NCBI GenBank assembly: GCA_050289385.1
Contig: JBNKFQ010000225.1
Location: 3,601-67,600 of the forward strand
Direction of reading: 5' to 3'
Length of the DNA: 64,000 nt
DNA from: Porticoccaceae bacterium
GTDB lineage: Bacteria > Pseudomonadota > Gammaproteobacteria > Pseudomonadales > Porticoccaceae
This document shows, piece by piece, positions 9,379 through 19,542 of this stretch (positions within the stretch are counted from its first letter, which is position 1; each line of letters starts with the position of its first letter). The notes beneath the pieces were generated by a model. That model was not told the DNA's origin. It saw only the letters and a program-made list of their open reading frames with translations, and made no database searches. The position numbers and the translations under genes were made by a program.

Positions 9379-10293
9379 TTAAAAAACAGAAATGCCGGTT
9401 TTTACCGCAAATAACTCCAGGGCTTTGGTGCCTGCCAGCGAGTTACCGCTTTTGTTAAGTCCGGGTGACCAAACGCAAATTGTAAATTTTCCGGGCATCA
9501 CAGCTACAATGCCGCCACCAACGCCACTCTTGCTCGGCAAGCCTACGCGATAAGCAAAATCCCCTGCCGTATCGTAAGTGCCAGAGGTTAACATCAGTGA
9601 GTTCAAATGTTTTGCATTGTTGGGCGTGCTCACCACCTTGTTGTTTAAGGGGTTAATTCCCCGATTGGCCAAAAACAAACAGGCTGAGGTCAACTGTATG
9701 CAATTCATAGCCGTAGAACAGTGGTGAAAATAGGCATCCGCTACATCACCAGGTTCATTGTCGAGGTTGTCAAAACTCTTAATAAAATGCGCCAGAGCAT
9801 AGTTCCTGTGACCGTGATTTTTTTCTGACAACGCCACATCCAAATCAAACTGCACTCTTTCATCTAACAGTAGTGAATCGATAAACTTCAAAACAGACTC
9901 TTTTGCATTTTCATACTTCGATATGATGATGTCGGTTACCACCATGGCACCGGCATTGATAAACGGATTCCTCGGTATCCCTTTTTCATATTCGAGTTGC
10001 ACCAGAGAATTAAATGAGTTGCCGGATGGCTCCCTGCTGATACGCTCCCAGATTTTGTCTCCCTCAATATCCATCGCCATAGTGAGTGTTAGCAGTTTCG
10101 ATATGCTTTGGATGGAGAATGATCCTGTCGCATCTCCTACACTGTACAACTCTCTGTCTATCGTTTGCAGAGCCATACCAAATTTGTTTTTCGGGATTTT
10201 TGAAAGCTGGGGGATATAATTTGCAACTTCACCTTCATCCAGATAAGGTTGGATTTCTTCAAAAATTTCTTCCAATACTTCTTTATAATTCAT
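9379..10293 (-). CDS. glsA: Glutaminase A
   Basis: 304 aa. Contains YIPQLSKI, SIQSISKLLTL (serine-beta-lactamase-like S-x-x-K) and LPSKSGVGGGI, which are typical glutaminase motifs. Confidence 0.9.
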   Translation of the reverse strand: MNYKEVLEEIFEEIQPYLDEGEVANYIPQLSKIPKNKFGMALQTIDRELYSVGDATGSFSIQSISKLLTLTMAMDIEGDKIWERISREPSGNSFNSLVQLEYEKGIPRNPFINAGAMVVTDIIISKYENAKESVLKFIDSLLLDERVQFDLDVALSEKNHGHRNYALAHFIKSFDNLDNEPGDVADAYFHHCSTAMNCIQLTSACLFLANRGINPLNNKVVSTPNNAKHLNSLMLTSGTYDTAGDFAYRVGLPSKSGVGGGIVAVMPGKFTICVWSPGLNKSGNSLAGTKALELFAVKTGISVF

Positions 10294-10296
10294 TTT

Positions 10297-11508
10297 TTAT
10301 AAGCCATCTACTACGTTATCACGCTTGTTGCCAGACTGAAGACTCACACGCAACACGGCGTAACCGATAATGCCTGAAACCAGTGAACCCAAAATAATAC
10401 CAAGGCGTTCATCAAAAATCAGATTGACGCCGGTTTCTTCAAATGCGAGCGAACCAATAAACAGGCTCATCGTAAAACCTATGCCGCACAACGCTGCAGC
10501 ACCATACAGGGAAAACCAGGATACACCACTTGGCAATCTGGCCCATCCAAGTTTTATCGCAAGCCAGCAAAAACCAAAAACCCCCACCTGTTTTCCAACA
10601 ACCAAACCAAGAGCAATACCGGCAGGAACACTGTGCAACAGTGCATCAAGCCCGATACCGGAAAAACTGATACCCGCATTAACAAATGCAAATATTGGCA
10701 GTACAAAAAAGGAGACCACTGAGTGGAGATCATGCTCCATACTTCTTAAGGGGGAATGGGTATCATTGTTTTTAGACTTGATTGGGATAAACATGGCCAG
10801 TATCACACCTGCCAACGTTGCATGAACACCTGACTTCAGCAGCGCTACCCACATAATTCCACCTATTGCCAGGTATAGACTTGTAGAATCCGGGTTACGT
10901 TTGTTTAACCAGGCCAGAGCCAGAATACAAAAAGCGGCCACAATCAGCGACCCGATCGATATTTGATCCGTATAAAAAACCGCGATGATCAAAATTGCGC
11001 CAATGTCGTCAAAGATTGCCAAAGACGTGAGAAATATTTTTATGCTCACCGGCACTTTTGAGCCCAATAATGTCAGCACCCCCAAAGCAAATGCAATATC
11101 GGTCGCTGCCGGTATCGCCCAACCTTTCATTGCTGTATCGTTACCGATATTGAAATATACATAAATCAATGCAGGTATCAGCATGCCTCCCACTGCGCCA
11201 ACACCGGGCAGAATAATATTTCGCTTGTCTGAAAGCTCTCCGTCCAGAAGCTCTCGCTTCAGTTCCAGGCCGACCAGAAAAAAGAATACAGCCATAAGGC
11301 CATCATTGACCCAAAGCAGCAGAGGCTTTGCAATTTCCAGTGCACCAACGCGAATTTCCACTGGTGTATCAAGCAGCAAGGCATACCAGGATTGTAACGG
11401 TGTATTCGCAAATACAAGGGCCAAAACCGCAGCAAAAATCAATAAAATGCCACTGGCTGACTCCAGCTTTAAAAAATGCGAGATGAATGTTTCTTCATTA
11501 TTATTCAT
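10297..11508 (-). CDS. nhaA: Na+/H+ antiporter NhaA
   Basis: 403 aa with the NhaA signature AIFDDIGAILIIA (DD pair in TM5) and the typical N-terminus FLKLESASGILLI. Confidence 0.95.
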   Translation of the reverse strand: MNNNEETFISHFLKLESASGILLIFAAVLALVFANTPLQSWYALLLDTPVEIRVGALEIAKPLLLWVNDGLMAVFFFLVGLELKRELLDGELSDKRNIILPGVGAVGGMLIPALIYVYFNIGNDTAMKGWAIPAATDIAFALGVLTLLGSKVPVSIKIFLTSLAIFDDIGAILIIAVFYTDQISIGSLIVAAFCILALAWLNKRNPDSTSLYLAIGGIMWVALLKSGVHATLAGVILAMFIPIKSKNNDTHSPLRSMEHDLHSVVSFFVLPIFAFVNAGISFSGIGLDALLHSVPAGIALGLVVGKQVGVFGFCWLAIKLGWARLPSGVSWFSLYGAAALCGIGFTMSLFIGSLAFEETGVNLIFDERLGIILGSLVSGIIGYAVLRVSLQSGNKRDNVVDGL

Positions 11509-11536
11509 ATGGTTAACTGTAGCAGCCTCCGAATAA

Positions 11537-13312
11537 TTACAGCGGCCAAATCAGAGCGATCATCGGCACACCAACAAGTACCACCAGAATTTCCAGCGGC
11601 AGACCCATGCGCCAATAATCACCAAACTTGTAACCACCCGGACCCATAATAATCGTATTATTTTTATGGCCTATTGGCGTTAAAAACGCACACGACGCCG
11701 CCACGGCAACAGCCATCAGAAAGGAGTCGGGATTCGCACCGAGCTGGTTGGCAATATCCACTCCGATCGGAGCAGCGATCAGCGCCGTCGCCACATTGTT
11801 GAGCACGTCTGACAATGTCATGGTTACCATCATCAAGATTGCCAGTACCGCAATTGTTGGCAGGCCCTGAGTCCAGCCAACAATAGCATTGGCCACCAAC
11901 TCGGTGGCGCCACTTGACTCCAGTGCCGCGCCAATGGGAATGATTGAAGCGAGCAAAACGATCACCGGCCATTCAACCGATTCGTAAATCTGGGTGAGCG
12001 GCATAATTTTCAATGCGATATACACCACGACTACCAGCGCCAACGCCACTGGCAGATAAACCAGCCCCAGGCTTGCCGCAAGAATCGCCGCCGCAAACAC
12101 ACCCACTGCCGCCCATGCCTTGCCGCGCTGGGCAATTTCCAGCCCCCGTTCGGCGAGCGGCAAACATCCAAGCCAACTCACCACATCCGGCATTTGATCT
12201 TCGGGTCCGAGCAACAGCAGTACATCACCTGCCTGTATAGGCGCTTTGCGGACACGTTCGCGCATCCGCTGCCCCTTGCGCGAAATACCTAACAAAGACA
12301 CTCCACGACGGTACAGTAGCCTCACATCCAGGGCTGATCGTCCCACAATCCAGGCACCATCGGGTACAACAACTTCCGTGAGCGAGACGGCGGCAGATCG
12401 GATACTTTCGTGTTTATCAGACCCGGCAAACTCCAGGTCAACTGCCGTAACAAACTGGCTAATCGCATCCGGACTGCCTTCGATAACCAGCAAATCATTT
12501 TTTTTCAGTACTTCCCTGCGTGCGTACCCCGGCAAGCGCTTGCCACGGCGTACGACACCCAGGACATAAACATCGTGCTCTTCAACAGAACTGTCCAAAT
12601 CCCTGACCGCCTTGCCCACCACCTGCGACGATTCACGTACCTTGGCTTCGGAAATGTAGCTTTTCAGGTCTTCCAATTCTTTGGAAGTATTGTGTTTCGT
12701 TCGCTCGGTCGGAATAAGACGCCAGCCGATCAGAGCTACAAACAACACACCAGCTATCGCAACAACAATACCCACTGGCGCGAAATCGAACATGCTGTAG
12801 GCTTTACCAAGGGCGTCTTCACGAAACGTAGCGATCACAATATTCGGCGGTGTGCCAATCAGCGTTACCATACCGCCAAGTATTGACGCAAAGGACAGTG
12901 GCATTAGTGACAATGCCGGACTGCGTTTTGCCCGCCGCGCAGCTTGCATATCTACAGGCATCAGTAATGCCAGCGCGGCAACGTTGTTCATCAGGCTGGA
13001 GAGCGCGGCTGAAATACCCGCCATAATTCCCACATGCGCCTGCAGACTCCGTGATGAGTCCACTACTTTGCGCGCCAACAGCTCTATCGCCCCCGACCGG
13101 GACAGGCCCCGGCTAACGATTAATACCAACGCAATAATCACTACTGCGGGATGACCAAACCCCGAAAACGCCGCCTGCTTGGGGACAATGCCAAGAATCA
13201 GGGCAATAACCAGAGCAGAGAACGCCACCAGGTCGTAGCGAATACGCCCCCACACCAGGAAGGCAAAAAGTGCGATAACAAGAAAAAATAAAATGCCTTG
13301 TTCTGTTGTCAT
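11537..13312 (-). CDS. SLC13/DASS-type anion permease with central TrkA-C domains
   Basis: 591 aa. Membrane halves flank a soluble region (~aa 215-390) with two TrkA_C-like repeats. Confidence 0.8.
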   Translation of the reverse strand: MTTEQGILFFLVIALFAFLVWGRIRYDLVAFSALVIALILGIVPKQAAFSGFGHPAVVIIALVLIVSRGLSRSGAIELLARKVVDSSRSLQAHVGIMAGISAALSSLMNNVAALALLMPVDMQAARRAKRSPALSLMPLSFASILGGMVTLIGTPPNIVIATFREDALGKAYSMFDFAPVGIVVAIAGVLFVALIGWRLIPTERTKHNTSKELEDLKSYISEAKVRESSQVVGKAVRDLDSSVEEHDVYVLGVVRRGKRLPGYARREVLKKNDLLVIEGSPDAISQFVTAVDLEFAGSDKHESIRSAAVSLTEVVVPDGAWIVGRSALDVRLLYRRGVSLLGISRKGQRMRERVRKAPIQAGDVLLLLGPEDQMPDVVSWLGCLPLAERGLEIAQRGKAWAAVGVFAAAILAASLGLVYLPVALALVVVVYIALKIMPLTQIYESVEWPVIVLLASIIPIGAALESSGATELVANAIVGWTQGLPTIAVLAILMMVTMTLSDVLNNVATALIAAPIGVDIANQLGANPDSFLMAVAVAASCAFLTPIGHKNNTIIMGPGGYKFGDYWRMGLPLEILVVLVGVPMIALIWPL

Positions 13313-13405
13313 GATTTGCTGCCGATCTCCCTTGCGCTGTCCGATTTACACGCTTTGTCATTGGCCGTTGACTGATCCATGAATCAAACCAGGCCTGAAA
13401 GCCCA

Positions 13406-14692
13406 TTACGACTCCGTTTTTTGACGACTTTCGGCTGTCGCTTCATACTCGTCACGATCGGACACTTCGTTAAAAACAGTTTCGTCCAGCATACCGTTTT
13501 GTTTGGCCACTATGCAGGTAACCGCACAATCGCCAGCCACATTTACCGATGTGCGCATCATGTCCAGCAAACGGTCGACGCCGAGAATCAGGGCAATACC
13601 CTCAACTGGCAGGCCAACTTGCTGCAGGACCATTGTCAGCATTATCAGACCCACCGACGGCACAGCAGCGGTACCAATAGAAGCCAGGGTAGCAGTAAAA
13701 ATTACGGTGAGATAACCACTCAAGCCAAGATCGGCGCCAAAGGCCTGTGCAATAAAGACGGTCGCAACACCCTGCATAATGGCAGTGCCATCCATGTTAA
13801 TAGTAGCACCGACGGGAATGGTCAAAGACGCTACCCGGTTATCCACCCCAAGCCGTTTTTCTGCCACATTCATGGTGACCGGCATGGTGGCGGCACTGGA
13901 CGATGTACTAAAACCAAACAGCATGGCCGGGCGCACGTTTTTAAAGAAAGTAAGTGGATTCAAACGGGCAAACAGTTTGAGCAATGTGGTGTAAACGCCA
14001 AAAGCATGTAACACCAGCGCCATGACAACCGTAATAAAATACTTGGCAAGGCCCTCAAACGCGTCGGCACCAAGATCAGCGAATATCTCGGCCATCAGAC
14101 AAAACACGCCGTAGGGCGCAAGGTGCATGATAACGGTCACCATTTTCAGGATAACATCGTTAAAACTCTGCAAAACTTCCAGCGCTTTTTTCCCCGCATC
14201 CCCAGCCAATGACACTGAAATACCCAACAAAATACAAAACACAATTAACTGCAACATATTGCCATCAATCATGGCTCTAACCGGATTAGTCGGTACAATG
14301 TTAATTAGCGTGTCTTTTATCGAGGGCACATCCTTCGGCTCGAAATTACCTATTTCACCGAGATTAAAACCCATACCCGGATTGATCACATTCGCCACCA
14401 ACAAGGCCAGGGTAACCGCCATACAGGTTGTTAGCAGATACAGCAACAGGGTGTGCACCGCCATCTTGCCCATGCGCACGTCGACACCCATTGCAGCGGC
14501 CCCGCAGGTAAGCGAGAAGAATACAACCGGCACTACCAGCAATTTCAGGGCATTCACAAATATGGTACCCACGGAATCAAACACGCCATTTACGGCGATT
14601 TCTTTCGCGGTGCCGTCACCAATCCAGTTGAATACCAGGCCAACCAGAACACCCAGCCCCAGACCGAGCAGTATTTTGGTGGTTAACTTCAT
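13406..14692 (-). CDS. Dicarboxylate/amino acid:cation symporter (DAACS, GltP/GltT-like)
   Basis: 428 aa. Contains FSTSSSAATMP and INMDGTA motifs characteristic of the SDF/DAACS family. Confidence 0.9.
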   Translation of the reverse strand: MKLTTKILLGLGLGVLVGLVFNWIGDGTAKEIAVNGVFDSVGTIFVNALKLLVVPVVFFSLTCGAAAMGVDVRMGKMAVHTLLLYLLTTCMAVTLALLVANVINPGMGFNLGEIGNFEPKDVPSIKDTLINIVPTNPVRAMIDGNMLQLIVFCILLGISVSLAGDAGKKALEVLQSFNDVILKMVTVIMHLAPYGVFCLMAEIFADLGADAFEGLAKYFITVVMALVLHAFGVYTTLLKLFARLNPLTFFKNVRPAMLFGFSTSSSAATMPVTMNVAEKRLGVDNRVASLTIPVGATINMDGTAIMQGVATVFIAQAFGADLGLSGYLTVIFTATLASIGTAAVPSVGLIMLTMVLQQVGLPVEGIALILGVDRLLDMMRTSVNVAGDCAVTCIVAKQNGMLDETVFNEVSDRDEYEATAESRQKTES

Positions 14693-14821
14693 GTGGCGCC
14701 TCTTGTCTTCATTATTTGCCGCCGATAATGAAGGCTATGCCTGCGGGCTGCAACTTTTCCGCATTCCCTCGCCCCGACACTAACGTTAGAATGCCGGTTT
14801 TGTGTCCATACGGAGCCAGAC

Positions 14822-15409
14822 TTGCCCACCTCTCGTTTTTCCAACGCCCTGTTTCATCGCGAACCTGCCTGGCGCAGTTATCGCCGTGTGCCGCTAAAAG
14901 CCATTCCTGTCGCACTGCGGCCATGGTTGCTGGATGAAGGTTCCCTTACCGAGCGATTGCTGGCTGCCAGTGACGGGGACTTTGCCGTTGAGGTGCTTAG
15001 TCAGCAAGCGCAACTCCCATACCTGTCCGAGGCATGCCAGCTGAATATGAGAAACCGGGAGCTGGCACTGGTTAGAGAAGTGCTTTTGATCTGCTGCGGC
15101 GTTCCCTGGGTATACGCCCGCAGCATATTACCCATGTCTACACTCACTGGCCGCCAGCGCGCTCTGCGAAAATTAAACAACCAGCCGCTGGGTGCCCTGC
15201 TATTCAATGATCCCGGTATGCAACGCTCACCCATGCAGCTTGCTTGCCTCACAAGAGACAATGCCACCCTGCCTGCGGCAATTGGCGATGTAAGTCACCC
15301 TGTATGGGGGCGGCGGTCAGTATTCACTCTGGACCAAAAACCATTACTGGTCAGCGAGATCTTTTTACCGGCCTTCCCGCCTTATCACGAATCTGTGGAT
15401 AATGCATAA
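14822..15409 (+). CDS. ubiC: Chorismate pyruvate-lyase
   Basis: 195 aa (TTG start per the ORF track). UbiC-like length and sequence, and overlaps the downstream ubiA by 8 nt. Confidence 0.75.
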   Translation: MPTSRFSNALFHREPAWRSYRRVPLKAIPVALRPWLLDEGSLTERLLAASDGDFAVEVLSQQAQLPYLSEACQLNMRNRELALVREVLLICCGVPWVYARSILPMSTLTGRQRALRKLNNQPLGALLFNDPGMQRSPMQLACLTRDNATLPAAIGDVSHPVWGRRSVFTLDQKPLLVSEIFLPAFPPYHESVDNA

Positions 15410-16307
15410 CATGAACCCAAACCTTGCACCCGCTGCTGTTAACAACACCATACGCCGAAAACTGGCGGACTTTCTGACGTTAATGCGTTTTGACAAACCG
15501 ATAGGTACTCTGCTCTTGCTATGGCCTACCCTATGGGCTCTCTGGTTTGCCGCCGGGGGATTCCCGGACTGGGACATATTGTTGATTTTTGTTCTCGGAG
15601 TAACTCTTATGCGGGCAGCAGGTTGCGTGATCAACGACTACGCCGACCGCAATATCGACGGCAGGGTAAAACGTACCGCCAACAGGCCACTTGTCAATGG
15701 CAGTATTAAGCCGAAAGAGGCACTGATTCTGTTTGCTCTGTTGTGTTTGCTGTCGTTTGCTCTGGTATTGTTTACCAACTCACTTACCATCCAGCTGTCT
15801 TTTGTCGGTCTGGCCCTGGCTGCCACCTACCCCTTTATGAAACGCCACACTCATTTGCCCCAAGTGGTATTGGGCGCAGCTTTTGCCTGGAGTATCCCAA
15901 TGGCGTTTGCCGCCCAGACCGGCGAACTGCCCACGCCTCTCTGGACGCTTTATGCCGGGGTCGTATTGTGGACGGTGGCTTACGATACGTTTTACGCCAT
16001 GGTGGACCGTGATGACGATTTGAAAATTGGCGTGAAATCCACCGCCATTCTGTTTGGTGAACAAGACAAGGTGATGACGTTCAGCCTGCAAGCAATGTGC
16101 ATTGTCGCTTTGTTGATGGCGGGTGCCAACTTCGAACGTGGCTGGTGGTTCTATGGCGGTGTCGCTGGTGCCGGCGCGTTATTCCTGTACCAGCAGGCTC
16201 TGGTTCGTAACCGTCAACGTGACAAGTGTTTTGCGGCCTTTCTGAATAACAACTGGGTGGGGCTTGTGGTATTTGCGGGACTGGTATTGGACTACTCATT
16301 CAGCTAA
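15402..16307 (+). CDS. ubiA: 4-hydroxybenzoate polyprenyltransferase
   Basis: 301 aa with UbiA motifs [15 protein letters not shown] and [20 protein letters not shown]. Confidence 0.95.
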   Translation: MHNMNPNLAPAAVNNTIRRKLADFLTLMRFDKPIGTLLLLWPTLWALWFAAGGFPDWDILLIFVLGVTLMRAAGCVINDYADRNIDGRVKRTANRPLVNGSIKPKEALILFALLCLLSFALVLFTNSLTIQLSFVGLALAATYPFMKRHTHLPQVVLGAAFAWSIPMAFAAQTGELPTPLWTLYAGVVLWTVAYDTFYAMVDRDDDLKIGVKSTAILFGEQDKVMTFSLQAMCIVALLMAGANFERGWWFYGGVAGAGALFLYQQALVRNRQRDKCFAAFLNNNWVGLVVFAGLVLDYSFS

Positions 16308-16420
16308 GTCGCGCCCTGCACCCGGGCTTGTGGTTGAGATAGCGGCGCCGTGCCCTCATAATTGGTGTTCGCCGTGTAGTAGATACACACCTCAAGCCCT
16401 CCTTTTACAGGACCCCTGTT

Positions 16421-16903
16421 ATGACCATTCAAGCCAATACCGTAGTCTCTATTCACTACACGTTGACCGATGACGACGGTGTTCAACTCGACTCCTCGCA
16501 AAACCAGGAACCCCTTACCTACCTGCATGGCGCGGGCAATATCATCCCCGGCCTGGAAAACGCATTGGCAGGTAAAAATGTTGGTGACAGCTTGAAGGTT
16601 TCGGTTGAGCCGGCAGAAGCCTATGGTGAATATCAGGACGCCCTGGTGCAGCAGGCACCGCGTGATCTGTTTGAGGCCGGCCAGGAACTGCAGCCCGGCA
16701 TGCGTTTCCAGGCGCAAACCGACAACGGCCCAATGTCAGTGGTGATTACCGAAGTTACTGACGATTCAGTCAGCGTAGACGCCAACCACCCGCTGGCAGG
16801 CAAGACCCTGCACTTTGATGTCAGCGTGGAAAACCTGCGTGAAGCAACTGAAGAGGAAGTATCCCACGGCCACCCCCATGTCGAGGGCGGTTGCGGGCAC
16901 TAA
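16421..16903 (+). CDS. slyD: FKBP-type peptidyl-prolyl isomerase SlyD
   Basis: 160 aa. N-terminus VVSIHYTLTDDDGVQLDSS..., an IF-domain insert, and a short His/Cys-rich tail HGHPHVEGGCGH. Confidence 0.9.
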   Translation: MTIQANTVVSIHYTLTDDDGVQLDSSQNQEPLTYLHGAGNIIPGLENALAGKNVGDSLKVSVEPAEAYGEYQDALVQQAPRDLFEAGQELQPGMRFQAQTDNGPMSVVITEVTDDSVSVDANHPLAGKTLHFDVSVENLREATEEEVSHGHPHVEGGCGH

Positions 16904-16918
16904 GCAGCGAAAGAGGAA

Positions 16919-16946
16919 GGGGGCCCTGGAAGGTGTGGCCCTTTTC
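16919..16946 (+). terminator. Possible weak rho-independent terminator after slyD
   Basis: GGGCC (16921-25) pairs with GGCCC (16937-41) and is followed by TTTT. The stem is short. Confidence 0.35.
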
Positions 16947-16983
16947 AATCTCTACCAAATAGCCGATCAAGTTAATGGGTTGT

Positions 16984-17817
16984 TTACTTGCCCCTTCCTG
17001 ACTGCCAGAAATACCATCCTGCCCCAAGGGCAATGGAAACAAAGTGATTGCTTTCAATCAGCGGGCTGTCGGAGAATTCCGCGCCCCCCAGGTAATCGTA
17101 ACGAAGAGTGCCACCGAGCCATAAACTGCCGTAGCGGCGCCGCAGGCCCAGCTTGAACACCGCGCCCCCATAACCAGACCCGGCATCATAGAATCCCCTG
17201 GTGGCCGTTTCATATTGGGGCGCTACAGAGTAGAAGTAACTGTGATAGCGATCGCTGCCGTACAACATGCCGATGCGACCTACCAGGTTCCAATCACCGA
17301 CAACGCGCTCCTGCCGGTACGCCACGTTGGGGTTAAACACCCAACCGATATAATCCGACTGCCGCAAATCGGTTGCCACCGCGCCACGCAACGACATGTG
17401 CAGGGCCCAACCCTCACGCAGTACTTCGCCGCTTAAATTGACGGCGAAATCGGGACCGATTTCGAAGGTCGGCAGTAACTCCAGCATCCCCCTGCGCAGC
17501 GAATTTTCTCCGTCGTCATTGGCCAGGGACAAATCGGCACTGAGATTGAGTTCAATTCTGTTATCGGCGAATAACCTACCCCTGATCCCTTCTTCGTCAG
17601 CGCGCAAGAAATCGCCGCGATAGACCACCAGGGGAAACGGCAGCGCACGTAATTGATAGTGGTCGGAGCCCCGATAGTCGGCCAATAATTGTCCGCCAAT
17701 GCCAGCGCCCAGTTCCCATTCGGGCTTGACTGATTCACCGGGCTGATCGGCATGCAGCGACGACGCACCGCAACAAAAACAGATGACGATGACAATACGT
17801 GCGTTTATTCTAGACAT
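16984..17817 (-). CDS. MipA/OmpV family outer-membrane protein
   Basis: Start moved to MSRINARIVIVICF... (signal peptide), one nt beyond the upstream gene's stop. The beta-barrel-like alternating pattern and the WELGAGIGG...YRGSD motif are typical of MipA. Confidence 0.8.
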   Translation of the reverse strand: MSRINARIVIVICFCCGASSLHADQPGESVKPEWELGAGIGGQLLADYRGSDHYQLRALPFPLVVYRGDFLRADEEGIRGRLFADNRIELNLSADLSLANDDGENSLRRGMLELLPTFEIGPDFAVNLSGEVLREGWALHMSLRGAVATDLRQSDYIGWVFNPNVAYRQERVVGDWNLVGRIGMLYGSDRYHSYFYSVAPQYETATRGFYDAGSGYGGAVFKLGLRRRYGSLWLGGTLRYDYLGGAEFSDSPLIESNHFVSIALGAGWYFWQSGRGK

Positions 17818-17818
17818 A

Positions 17819-18379
17819 TCATTGCTGGTGCCGGTAATTGTCCACCAGGTACTGGTGGGCAATATCAACAATATAATCCAGCAGGTTTCTGTCTGTGGCG
17901 CCAATTGACCAGGCCCCTCCCAGTGCACTGGCGTTGCGGACGGCAACCGGGGACGCAATGGTCTCTCCACTGGCCGCATCCACCATCTCTATTTCCATAC
18001 TGATAAACGAGTCACCAGCAAATCCCCCGGCCCAGAATCTGGCGCCACCACTGATTACACGCAACGATAAAACTTTTGGTTTGAGAATCAACAACCGGTC
18101 GCCGGATGTTGCTTGCTGCTGCCACTGATTCAGCAGTGGTGACAGTTTGCTCTCCAGCTTTTGAGCCAACTGTTGTGTCACTTTCAGCTTGCTTTCGTCG
18201 TTCGCAACCGCGTCGCTGTAGGCCATTTTCTCCAATTTATACTTCTGATATGACACAAGCGGTTTTTTGGTGGCACTCAGTTTGGCGGATTCCTCTTGCG
18301 CCACTTGCGCACGTTTTTCCGGTGAAGAGGCGCAACCAACCATCAACCCCACCAGCATTAACACGACTATTTTTTTCAT
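17819..18379 (-). CDS. DUF4410-like lipoprotein
   Basis: Lipobox LMVGC, and a C-terminal GGARFWAGGFAGDS motif that I remember as DUF4410-like. Confidence 0.65.
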   Translation of the reverse strand: MKKIVVLMLVGLMVGCASSPEKRAQVAQEESAKLSATKKPLVSYQKYKLEKMAYSDAVANDESKLKVTQQLAQKLESKLSPLLNQWQQQATSGDRLLILKPKVLSLRVISGGARFWAGGFAGDSFISMEIEMVDAASGETIASPVAVRNASALGGAWSIGATDRNLLDYIVDIAHQYLVDNYRHQQ

Positions 18380-18442
18380 CGTTCACATTCCCTTCTTAAA
18401 ACCGGCAAATAACTCAACGCTCTTGTCTTCATAATCGGACAG

Positions 18443-19405
18443 TCAATCCAAATAGAGATCAATGATCATGCTATTCCATCGCTCCTCCCTGGATGCATTG
18501 GCTCGCCAACGCTTGCGCTGCTCCATTAAATAATCATTGCTCGCCTGGGTTTGCAGGTCGCCTATTGCCTTTAACGCCATCCCCCTGTCCTGCCAGCTCC
18601 GCGCCCCCTCGTAAATCGACTTCAACAGATCGAGTTGTTCTTCCGCCCGGCTGACCCCCAAACCGGATATCGCCGACAGACGAACGTATTCGTCATCGTG
18701 TTTGGCAAATTCTATCAAATAGTCGATAGCATGCGGGTTGTTCGAAAACGCCAACTCATACACGTCCATATAGGCCAGCTCATCGTCACTAAAATTATTG
18801 CGAACATTCTCCGCGAGATTGTCCACCTGCGCGTTTGTCAGAGAGTAGCCAAAAACCCTCTGGTTGATTTTTGCGGCGATTTCTTTAACCAACAATTCCG
18901 TCGGCTGATTGAAACAAGGTTCGTTGACTTCCGTCATGCTCCAGACCGGCACTTTACCGCGCTTGACCAGAGCGGCCAACCGCTGCGGTCCGGAACCGTC
19001 TACGATCAAATCTACCCTGACAGAAGACAAAGTCACCAGAGGCGCGAAACCGTTGGCACGATGATTGACGACTTCCAAACCCTGCAAATCAATCGTACTG
19101 TTCGATGAAGCGATGAACCTTACCGGTAACCCGCGCGCTTTGAGTTCTTCTTGCAAGTTGGTGATAAAAAAACCGGCGGCATCGAAACGGCCACCGTCGT
19201 GCGTTAAATTAATGGTTATCACACCACTTGACGGATTGTGGTCGGCTGGCAGAGAGTTTTTAAACGAAAACGATTTTACCTCCGATGTACCTTGGGCAGC
19301 ATAGGAATTTTCAGACAGGTTTGGTTTATCTATGGGTATTGTCAGCGAACAGGCCTGGCACAGAACAAGTAACAGGCCGACAATAAGTAGCCTTAAATAT
19401 GACAT
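18443..19405 (-). CDS. Hypothetical lipoprotein with C-terminal HEAT-like repeats
   Basis: Signal/lipobox LVLCQAC. The C-terminal ~110 aa are helical repeats (DEYVRLSAISGLG..., WQDRGMALKAIGDL). Confidence 0.5.
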   Translation of the reverse strand: MSYLRLLIVGLLLVLCQACSLTIPIDKPNLSENSYAAQGTSEVKSFSFKNSLPADHNPSSGVITINLTHDGGRFDAAGFFITNLQEELKARGLPVRFIASSNSTIDLQGLEVVNHRANGFAPLVTLSSVRVDLIVDGSGPQRLAALVKRGKVPVWSMTEVNEPCFNQPTELLVKEIAAKINQRVFGYSLTNAQVDNLAENVRNNFSDDELAYMDVYELAFSNNPHAIDYLIEFAKHDDEYVRLSAISGLGVSRAEEQLDLLKSIYEGARSWQDRGMALKAIGDLQTQASNDYLMEQRKRWRANASREERWNSMIIDLYLD

Positions 19406-19542
19406 AGTTTCTCCCTGTTTTTATGTTAACGGTTTTGTTGTTGCAGACAGGGGCAGTTACAGCACCGTCTCGGTTTTCAGTTTCTGCACCTTGTTTTAAA
19501 TTCTTCTCTATTCGCCACTCTTGCGCAACACTTGCCTCACAA

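Noticed and set aside
14822-16307. ubiC as a dedicated 4-hydroxybenzoate supplier for the aryl-polyene cluster
   Set aside because: ubiC overlaps ubiA in the canonical ubiquinone arrangement and lies on the opposite strand about 4 kb from the cluster end. The cluster carries its own ammonia-lyase for starter supply.
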